Assembly: GCA_910584485.1 (NCBI GenBank)
Contig: CAJUAV010000003.1
Span: 16,426-80,425 of the forward strand
Length of the DNA stretch: 64,000 bases
Source: an uncultured Alistipes sp.
GTDB lineage: Bacteria; Bacteroidota; Bacteroidia; Bacteroidales; Rikenellaceae
Direction of reading: 5' to 3'
In this document: positions 13,240-21,093 of the stretch, piece by piece
Layout: every line of letters starts with the position of its first letter
Numbering within the stretch: the stretch's first letter is position 1
Notes under the pieces: generated by a model
What the model saw: the letters and a program-made list of their open reading frames with translations, nothing else
Databases searched by the model: none
What the model was told of the DNA's origin: nothing
Program-made: the position numbers and the translations under genes

Positions 13240-14590
13240 AGCGTTCGCGTGTGATTTGTTCGAGCGATTTGCCGCGCGTATCGGGCGTCCAGATCGTGCC
13301 GATGAGCAGCGAGACGACGAAGAAGCACAACATGATGATGCCCGCCAGCTTGAAGCCCTCGCCGTATTCGCCGTAGATGTAGACGAAGAGGATGCCCCAG
13401 AGGGCCGAGAGGCCGCGCACGACGAAGAACATGATGCCCTGCGCCGCAGCGCGGTATTTCGCGGGGAAGAGTTCCGAAGCCCACAGGGCATAGAACGACT
13501 GCACCGAAATGCCCGCCTGCAACCCCCACAGCAGCGTGAAGAGGAGCAGCAGGGGCATGCTGCCGATGCCGTAGAAGACCACGAGCACCCACGCCAGCAC
13601 GCCGAAGCTGACGCCGAGGGCGTAGAGCCAGCGCTGGTTCACGCGATCGACGATCAGCGAGAAGACGAACGTCGCGGCGATGATGAGGACCCACTGGCCC
13701 GCGGCGAGCAGGTTAGCGGACTCGTTCGAGAGGCCGCCCGCCGTCTCGTAGATGTGGGGCTGGAAGAAGCCCATCACCGAGCAGACGAGGTTCCACGTGA
13801 GGTACATGCCCGCCAGGAAGAGCATCGTGCGGATGTTGACCTTGTTCGTGAAGAGGCGCCCGAAGGAGGCGAAGGTCCCCTCCCTGCGCGGCTGCACGGC
13901 CTGTTCGGCGCGCGCCGCCTGCCACTCGGCCGACTCGTCGAGGCGGCGTTGCAGCAGCCAGGCGATGAAGGCGACGATGACGAGCGAGGCGAAGACGATG
14001 CGGCTGCTGAAGACGTTCAGCGCGGCGCCCGAGAGCGTACCGCCCGAGACGAGGGCTCCGAGGCGCTCGACCCAGCCGAAGAGCAGGCCGCCCGAGGCGC
14101 CGCCCGTCGGGGGCGCCAGCAGGGTGCCCAGCAGCAGGATGATGAGCGGGCCGATGCCCCAGGCCATCTGCGAGATGCCGATGTTTCGGCCGCGGTTGCC
14201 CACCTCGGAGTTCTCCGAAATGTAGGTCCACGAGGCGGGGACGCCCACGCCCACCGAGATGCCCGTGACGAGGAAGCCCGCCAGCAGCATCGGGAACGAG
14301 GAAGCGATCATGATGAGGGCGACGCCCAGCATGTAGATCAGCATGTTGTAGGTGTAGATCGCCTTGCGGCCGTAGCGGTCGGCCAGGAAGCCCCCCGCGA
14401 TGGCGCCGATGGCGGCGCCCAGGCAGTTGGCGCTGATGGCGTTCAGCAGGCCCAGATGGCCTTCGGTGAGGCCGAGGTACTCCTTCCAGAGCGTCAGGCC
14501 GCTGGCGCCCGCCACGATGGCGCCCGCGTCGAGGTAGTTGGTCAGCGAGACGGCGATCGTGGATTTCAAACTGCTTTTTTCGTTGCTCAT
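13223..14590 (-). CDS. MFS sugar/polyol permease, IolF-like
   Basis: Start MSNEKSSLK at 14590; about 12 hydrophobic segments; GFLADRYGRK MFS motif A; TNYLDAGAIVAGASGLTLW resembles the B. subtilis IolF N-terminus. Confidence 0.85.
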   Translation of the reverse strand: MSNEKSSLKSTIAVSLTNYLDAGAIVAGASGLTLWKEYLGLTEGHLGLLNAISANCLGAAIGAIAGGFLADRYGRKAIYTYNMLIYMLGVALIMIASSFPMLLAGFLVTGISVGVGVPASWTYISENSEVGNRGRNIGISQMAWGIGPLIILLLGTLLAPPTGGASGGLLFGWVERLGALVSGGTLSGAALNVFSSRIVFASLVIVAFIAWLLQRRLDESAEWQAARAEQAVQPRREGTFASFGRLFTNKVNIRTMLFLAGMYLTWNLVCSVMGFFQPHIYETAGGLSNESANLLAAGQWVLIIAATFVFSLIVDRVNQRWLYALGVSFGVLAWVLVVFYGIGSMPLLLLFTLLWGLQAGISVQSFYALWASELFPAKYRAAAQGIMFFVVRGLSALWGILFVYIYGEYGEGFKLAGIIMLCFFVVSLLIGTIWTPDTRGKSLEQITRERYGDDI

Positions 14591-14694
14591 TATTTCGGTT
14601 CGGTTGGTTGTTTGTCTGCGGTTGTTCGGTTTTTTCAAGTTTTGCGGTTGTTCGGTTTTTCGGGCGGGGCGGCGGGCCGGGCCCTCACGGGATC

Positions 14695-15393
14695 GCAGCC
14701 GTCGCAGCCGTTCGCCGCCGGCGGCCGGACGGGTCGGGCGCCCTGCGCGAGACTTGCCGTTCAGCCGCACGGGGCGGCGAACGGCACGCGCTGCGCGCGA
14801 GCCTGCTTATCGGGACGAAGCCTGCGGAGCGACCGCATGTTTGTCAAAACTGCGGGCCTCCGCCGCGGGAGGCTTCGGCCCGCCGCACATCCGTGCGATT
14901 TCCGCTCCGACAGAGGACTGCGGGCTGCCGCGCTATTGTGCGAACCCGTTCGGGACGAAGCCTGCGGAGTGCCCGTGTCGACAGATGCGGGCCTCCGCAT
15001 GCGGAGGCTTCGGCCCGCCGATGGCTGCGCCATCGAACCGCTCTGCCTGCCCTTGCGCCAGAAGGCAGCCGTTCTCCCAATTCGGCCCGCGGCCGAGCGG
15101 AGGCGCATCGAGCCTTCGGGCGAGTTGCAGCCCTCCGCCGGGGGGCGGCTGCGGGCTGCCGCGCTATCGCGCGATTTTCACTCCGACAAGGGGCGGCTGC
15201 GGCTGCCGACCTCTTGCGAGGTCGCACCGTTCGGGACGCAGCTTGCGAAGGGACGCCACATGCGGGCCTTCGCCGCCGAAAGCTGCGGCCCGCCGATCCC
15301 TTGCGGGATCGAAACCGTTCGGCAGCGGATCGCGGCCCGCCGACGGCTGCGACGCCCGCCCCCATTTTTAATTCTTAATTTTTCATTTTTCAT
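14695..15393. repeat. Mosaic intergenic element E3 (pairs 4, 2, 2, 3, 1 plus heptamer array 15364-15393)
   Basis: All four module pairs are present, with several CGA..TCG hairpins. Confidence 0.9.
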
Positions 15394-15402
15394 CCCTCCG
15401 CG

Positions 15403-17499
15403 CTACCTCGCCAGCGGCATCCAGACCGTCATTTCGGCCTTGCCGCGGTTGCCCCAGGCGAAATAGGGGATCAGGCGGATCCGCACCTCGCCGTCGGCGC
15501 GCCCCACCTCGCGGTAGAGGGTATCCTTCCACGAGGCGTCGTTCACCAGGCGCGCCTCGCCTTCGAGGGCGACCATCTTCGCGCCGTCGATCTCGATCGG
15601 CTTCGGTTCGAAGGCGATGTCGGCGGGAATCAGCACGTTGTCGATCTTCTTTCCCCCCTCGATGTCGATGCTTTCGAGGCAGTAGACCAGCGGGCCGCGC
15701 ATGACGACCGTTTCGTTGCGCGTCTCCTCGACGAGCGGATTCGATTCGAGCAGGCGCACGCGCATCTCCAGGTCGAGCTCCACGCGGTCGCCCCGCTTCC
15801 ACGTCCGCTCGATGCAGGCGTAGGTCGCGGGCAGGGCCGCCGTGTCGAGCTCCTGGCCGTTCACGCGGATCACGGCGCGGCCGCACCATGCGGGAATGCG
15901 CAGGAAGAGCTTCAGCGGCCGGTTCTTCGGCAGCTCGGCCAGCTCGATCGCGACCTTCCCGTCGTAGGGGTAGTCGGTCCGCTGCCGCACGACGAAGGGC
16001 TTGCCGCCGAGCGTCGTCCGCAGCTCGCTGTCGCCATAGAGGTTGCACCACAGGGCGTCGTCGCTCATCGTGTAGGCGTAGTTCTGCGCCTCGCAGATCG
16101 TGCGCAGCGTGTTGGGCGGGCAGCAGAAGCAGCTGATGTACTCCTGCCGCTCCTTGGGCCAGCGCAGCGTGTAGGGGAAATCGTCGCTGATGCGCAGCGG
16201 GTTGGTGTAGAAATAGCGTTTTCCGTCGAGGCTCACGCCACTCAAGACGCTGTTGTAGAGGGCCGTCTCGACGATCTCGGCGTAGCGGGCGTCGCCCGTG
16301 GTCTGCAACATGCGCCAGTTGAAGAGCATGTTGCCGATGTTGGCGCAGGTCTCGTTGTGGGCCGTCGAGTTGGGCAGCTGGTAGGCGCGGCCGTAGCTCT
16401 GGTGCACCTTCTGGATCGAATCGGGATGGTAGCAGGTGCCGTCGGGCGAGGTGCCGTCGTAGAGGGCGCCGCAGGCCCCCGTCACGTACATCTTGCGCGT
16501 GACGATGTCCTGCCAGATGCTCGTCAGGTTCCGCATGAGCTGCTCCTCGCCCGTCTCGGCATAGACGTCCGCCACCCCCGCGTAGAGGTAGTTGGCGCGC
16601 ACGGCGTGGCCCATCGCCCGATACTGCTCGCGGAAGGGGATGCGGTCCTGGTTGTCGTCGGTGCCGTTCTCGACCATGCCGCGGATGTCGATCAGATTCT
16701 TCGAAAGTTCGAGGTAGCGCGGATTGCCCGTGGCGCGGTACATCTCGACCACGCCCATGTAGTGCGACGGGCAGATGGCGTTGCGCGCCAGCTCGGCCGA
16801 GGCCGTCTCGTAAAAGTGACAGAGGAAATCGGTCGCCCGGATCGCCGCGTCGAAGAGGGTGCGCTTGCCCGTGGCGCGGTAGTGGGTGACGGCCGCCATC
16901 ATGAGGTGGCCGAGGTTGTAGGTCTCGAAATTGAGGCGGTTGGCGAAGGCCCCCTTCTCGTTCTCGGCCCCCACGGCGGTGCCGATCACCGTCTGCGCGC
17001 GGCTGTGGGTGTCGACGCCGCGGTTGCGCTCGTCGATGATGACGGGGGTGTGAATGTAGCCGTCCGCGCGCTGCGCCTTCACGACCTGTTCGATGAACTT
17101 GTCCATCAGGGCGTCGAGCGCGGGATCGCGGTTGACGGCATAGACCGCCGCCACCCCTTCGAGCCACTTGTACATGTCGCCGTCGTGGAACGGCGGACCC
17201 CAGTGCTCGCCCGGGCAGGTGCCCGCCGCCACCTCGAAGTTGCGGAAGCCGTGCGAGACGTCGGGATCGTTCCACGTCTCCCACATGCTTTGCAGCGAGG
17301 TCTTGCTGTATACGTCGAAGCGTTCGCCCCAGAAGCCGCCCGTCCAGCGGACCGCCCCGAGCGGCGTGTTGGCCATCTTCGCGTGGCCGCTGCGGCGCAT
17401 GTCCGTGAGGCCCGCCGTCGAAGCCTCCTGCGCGACGAGCGCCGTCGCGGCGAAGAGGGCGGCCGCAGCGAGGCACGGCCGAACGAATTGTCGTATCAT
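15403..17499 (-). CDS. GH127 glycoside hydrolase, aceric acid hydrolase-like (BT1003-like)
   Basis: Start MIRQFVRP at 17499; FHDGDMYKWLE, GHAVRANYLYAG, HNETCANIG and CFCCPPN are GH127 Zn/Cys motifs. Confidence 0.85.
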   Translation of the reverse strand: MIRQFVRPCLAAAALFAATALVAQEASTAGLTDMRRSGHAKMANTPLGAVRWTGGFWGERFDVYSKTSLQSMWETWNDPDVSHGFRNFEVAAGTCPGEHWGPPFHDGDMYKWLEGVAAVYAVNRDPALDALMDKFIEQVVKAQRADGYIHTPVIIDERNRGVDTHSRAQTVIGTAVGAENEKGAFANRLNFETYNLGHLMMAAVTHYRATGKRTLFDAAIRATDFLCHFYETASAELARNAICPSHYMGVVEMYRATGNPRYLELSKNLIDIRGMVENGTDDNQDRIPFREQYRAMGHAVRANYLYAGVADVYAETGEEQLMRNLTSIWQDIVTRKMYVTGACGALYDGTSPDGTCYHPDSIQKVHQSYGRAYQLPNSTAHNETCANIGNMLFNWRMLQTTGDARYAEIVETALYNSVLSGVSLDGKRYFYTNPLRISDDFPYTLRWPKERQEYISCFCCPPNTLRTICEAQNYAYTMSDDALWCNLYGDSELRTTLGGKPFVVRQRTDYPYDGKVAIELAELPKNRPLKLFLRIPAWCGRAVIRVNGQELDTAALPATYACIERTWKRGDRVELDLEMRVRLLESNPLVEETRNETVVMRGPLVYCLESIDIEGGKKIDNVLIPADIAFEPKPIEIDGAKMVALEGEARLVNDASWKDTLYREVGRADGEVRIRLIPYFAWGNRGKAEMTVWMPLAR

Positions 17500-17524
17500 A
17501 GGTCGGTAAATTTTAAGTTTTAAA

Positions 17525-17532
17525 CAAATATA
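17525..17532 (-). promoter_or_regulatory. -7 element (TATATTTG) for the left arm of the RG-II locus
   Basis: Exact TAnnTTTG on the minus strand, 25 nt upstream of the GH127 ATG, in an AT-rich divergent gap. Confidence 0.6.
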
Positions 17533-17745
17533 CGCGTTATTTTTCAATAAAACCGCCGCGGACACAAAAACCGACAAAAATATGGCAATAATTTACAGCC
17601 CGTTCCCCGTTTTATCGCTAACATTGTAAAGTGGAGGATCCTGCCCGCCCGAAGAGGCGCTCCGAAGGCCGTTTCGGCCCCTCGGCGGCGCCGCGGCGAA
17701 GGCTCCGCCCCGCGACCCGAACAAGACGAAAACCGCATAAAAACC

Positions 17746-20700
17746 ATGTACAGATCCACCCTTTCCGCACTGCTCCTGCTGGGGGCGACGCTGGCGGCGC
17801 GACCCGCGGCGGCACAACCCGCCGACGGCGCGGCCGACCGCATCCGCTACACGGGAACGACCCTCTCGAACCCCAACCTGCACGACGGCGGCCTCTCGCC
17901 CGTCGTGGGCGTGCACAACATCCAAACGATGCGCGCCAACCGAAAATTGCCCTACGCCACCAACGGCAACGGCTGGACCTACAACCACCAGCCGATGCTC
18001 GCCTACTGGCGCGGCAAATTCTACATGCACTACCTCTGCGACCCCGTCGACGAGCACGTGCCCCCCTCGATGACGATGCTCCAGACCTCGGCCGACGGCT
18101 ACGCCTGGAGCGCCCCCGAGGTCCTCTTCCCGATCTACCGCGTCCCCGAGGGCTTCACGAAGGACGGCAAGGTCTTCGCGAAGAACCTCACGGCGATCAT
18201 GCACCAGCGCGTGGGCTTCTACGTCTCGAAGGCGGGCCGCCTGCTGGCGATCGGCAACTACGGCATCGCCCTCACGCCGAAGGACGACCCGAACGACGGC
18301 AACGGCATCGGCCGCGTCGTGCGCGAGATCCGCGAGGACGGCTCCTTCGGCCCGATCCACTTCATCTACTACAACCACGCCTTCGACGAGAAGAACACCG
18401 ACTACCCCTTCTACACCCGTTCGAAGGACAAGGGCTTCCGCGAGGCGTGCGAAGAGATCCTCGCCAACCCCCTCTACCGCATGCAGTGGGTCGAGGAGGC
18501 CGACCGCGAAGACCCCATCCTGCCGCTGAAGAACCCCTACAAGGCCTTTTGCAGCTACACGCTCGACGACGGGCGCATCGTCTCGCTCTGGAAGCACGCC
18601 CTGACCTCGATCAGCCTCGACGGCGGCAACACGTGGGCCGAGCCCGTCGAGCGCGCCGCGGGCTTCGTCAACAGCAACGCCAAGATCTGGGGCCAGCGCT
18701 TGAGCGACGGCTCCTACGCCACGGTCTACAACCCCTCGGAGTTCCGCTGGCCGCTGGCCATCTCCCTCTCGAAGGACGGCCTCGACTACAAGACCCTGAA
18801 CCTCGTCTACGGCGAGGTGCCGCCGATGCGCTACGCCGGTCAGTACAAGTCGTTCGGCCCGCAGTACGTGCGCGGCATCCAGGAGGGGAACGGCACCCCT
18901 CCCGACGGCGATCTGTGGCTCACCTTCAGCGTCGGCAAGGAGGACATGTGGGTCAGCCGCATCCCCGTTCCCGTCCGAACCGAGGCGACGGGCCATGCCG
19001 ACGGCGACGAAATCGCCCGCGCCGCACGGCTCGCCGACCTGCGGACCTGGAACATCTACTCGGGCGAGTGGGCCCCCGTGACGCTCGTCGAGCGGCAGGG
19101 GCGCAAGTGGCTCGCCCTCTCGGACAAGGATCCCTTCTTCGACGCCAAGGCCGAACGCAAGATCCCCGCGACGAAGCACCTCGCGGCCGAATTCGACCTC
19201 GTGGCGGAGCAGAACGACCGCGGGCGCCTCGAAATCGAATTCGTCGACGCCCACGGCACCGCCTGCGCCCGCATCGATCTGACGGATGCGGCCGAAATGC
19301 GCTCGAAAGGGGGCGCCCGCTACGGCCGCGTCGCGACCTACGAGCCGAACACCATCTACCGCGTGAAGGTGGAGCTCTCGGTCGAGAAGCGCCAGTCGAC
19401 CGTCTGGATCGACGGCCAAAAGCGCGCCACGCGCATGCTCTTCGCCCCCGTCGCGTCGGTCGAACGGATCGTCTTCCGCACCGGACAGCGCCGCCACCAC
19501 CCCACCGTCGACACGTGGGCCGACCAGTACGACGACCTGCCGCGCTGCGACGAGGCCGATCCCGAGGCGACCTACCGCATCGCGGGGCTGCGCACCGCCT
19601 CGCTCGACGCCGACGGCTCGGCCGCGGTGCTCCGCTACGCCGACTACGCCCGCTACGCCGAGCGCTTCAACGCCATGGAGGACGAGAACATCGTGCAGGC
19701 GATCCCCAACAGCGAGGCCTCGGCCTGGATGGAGCGCTGCATCCCCCTCTTCGACTGCCCGCAGCACAACTTCGAGGAGCTCTACTACTACCGCTGGTGG
19801 ACGCTCCGCAAGCACATCAAGCAGACCCCCGTAGGCTACGGCATGACCGAATTTCTGGTCAACCGCAGCTACGCCGACAAATACAACCTCATCGCCAGCG
19901 GCGTGGGCCATCACGTCCGCGAGAGCCGCTGGCTGCGCGACGACCGCTACATGAACGAGGCGCTCCACACCTGGTACCGCGGCAACGAGGGCAAGCCGAT
20001 GGAGAAATTCTCGAAATTCAGCTCGTGGGTCCCCTCGCAGATCTGGGAGCGCTACCTCGTGAACACGGACAAGGCCTACGTCACGGACCTCTACGAGGAC
20101 ATGTGCGCCGAGTATCGATACTGGGAGGAGACGCACCGCCTGCCGAGCGGCCTCTACTGGCAGGAGGATGTGAAGGACGCCATGGAGGAGTCGATCAGCG
20201 GCGGCCGCAAGAAGCAGTACGCCCGCCCCTCGATCAACAGCTACATGTACGGCAACGCACTGGCGCTGGCGCACATCGCCCGCCTCGTGGGCAACGAGGC
20301 CGATGCGGCGAAGTACGAGCGCAAGGCCGCCGAGCAGAAACGGCTGATCGAAACGAAGCTCTGGAACGCCGACCACGGCTTCTTCGAGACGCTGCGCGGC
20401 GAAGAGAGCGCGGCCGTGCGCGAGGCGATCGGCTTCATTCCGTGGTATTTCGACCTGCCCGACGCACGCTACGAGGGCGCCTGGCTCCAGATCGAGGATC
20501 CCGAGGGCTTCTCGGCCCCCTGCGGCCTGACGACCGCCGAGCGCCGCCACCCCGAATTCCGTTCGCACGGCGTGGGCAAATGCGAGTGGGACGGCGCCGT
20601 CTGGCCCTTCGCCACGTCGCAGACCCTCACGGGCCTCATCAACTACCTGAACCGCTCGCAGAAGCCCGTGGTGGGCCCCGAGAGCTTCTTCCGCCACATG

Positions 20701-21087
20701 GAACGCTACGTCGAGTCGCAGCACCACCGCGGCCGCCCCTACATCGGCGAGTACCTCGACGAGGTGACGGGCTACTGGCTCAAGGGGGATCAGGAGCGCT
20801 CGCGCTACTACAACCACTCGACCTTCAACGATCTGGTCATCACGGGCATCTGCGGCCTGCGCCCGCGCGCCGACCGCACGCTGGAGGTCAACCCGCTGCT
20901 CCCCGCCGAGCGCTGGGCGTGGTTCTGCCTCGATAACGTCCGCTACCACGGCCACGACATCACGATTCTCTGGGACCGCGACGGCGACCGCTACCACCGC
21001 GGCAAGGGGCTGCGCCTCTACGTCGACGGCCGCGAGGTCGGCAGCCGCGAGACGCTCGGCCGCCTCGTCTGCGAAAACGTACTGTAA
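17746..21087 (+). CDS. Bifunctional GH143 (Dha hydrolase) / GH142 (beta-L-arabinofuranosidase)-like enzyme (BT1020-like)
   Basis: 1113 aa with signal peptide; N-terminal propeller (WTYNHQPMLAYW, Asp-box SLDGGNTW); C-terminal (alpha/alpha)6 domain (YYYRWW, CEWDGAVWP, YYNHSTF). Confidence 0.75.
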   Translation: MYRSTLSALLLLGATLAARPAAAQPADGAADRIRYTGTTLSNPNLHDGGLSPVVGVHNIQTMRANRKLPYATNGNGWTYNHQPMLAYWRGKFYMHYLCDPVDEHVPPSMTMLQTSADGYAWSAPEVLFPIYRVPEGFTKDGKVFAKNLTAIMHQRVGFYVSKAGRLLAIGNYGIALTPKDDPNDGNGIGRVVREIREDGSFGPIHFIYYNHAFDEKNTDYPFYTRSKDKGFREACEEILANPLYRMQWVEEADREDPILPLKNPYKAFCSYTLDDGRIVSLWKHALTSISLDGGNTWAEPVERAAGFVNSNAKIWGQRLSDGSYATVYNPSEFRWPLAISLSKDGLDYKTLNLVYGEVPPMRYAGQYKSFGPQYVRGIQEGNGTPPDGDLWLTFSVGKEDMWVSRIPVPVRTEATGHADGDEIARAARLADLRTWNIYSGEWAPVTLVERQGRKWLALSDKDPFFDAKAERKIPATKHLAAEFDLVAEQNDRGRLEIEFVDAHGTACARIDLTDAAEMRSKGGARYGRVATYEPNTIYRVKVELSVEKRQSTVWIDGQKRATRMLFAPVASVERIVFRTGQRRHHPTVDTWADQYDDLPRCDEADPEATYRIAGLRTASLDADGSAAVLRYADYARYAERFNAMEDENIVQAIPNSEASAWMERCIPLFDCPQHNFEELYYYRWWTLRKHIKQTPVGYGMTEFLVNRSYADKYNLIASGVGHHVRESRWLRDDRYMNEALHTWYRGNEGKPMEKFSKFSSWVPSQIWERYLVNTDKAYVTDLYEDMCAEYRYWEETHRLPSGLYWQEDVKDAMEESISGGRKKQYARPSINSYMYGNALALAHIARLVGNEADAAKYERKAAEQKRLIETKLWNADHGFFETLRGEESAAVREAIGFIPWYFDLPDARYEGAWLQIEDPEGFSAPCGLTTAERRHPEFRSHGVGKCEWDGAVWPFATSQTLTGLINYLNRSQKPVVGPESFFRHMERYVESQHHRGRPYIGEYLDEVTGYWLKGDQERSRYYNHSTFNDLVITGICGLRPRADRTLEVNPLLPAERWAWFCLDNVRYHGHDITILWDRDGDRYHRGKGLRLYVDGREVGSRETLGRLVCENVL

Positions 21088-21093
21088 AGAGCC

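Noticed and set aside
14538..15393. Short ORFs with recurring peptides (KPAER, CGPPPAEASARR, SSPPPGGGCGLP) in all element-containing gaps
   Set aside because: Translations of the DNA repeats in several frames and both strands, not a protein family.
17630..17720. GC-rich stretch in the divergent gap as a thirteenth mosaic element
   Set aside because: No complete key or lock module could be matched.
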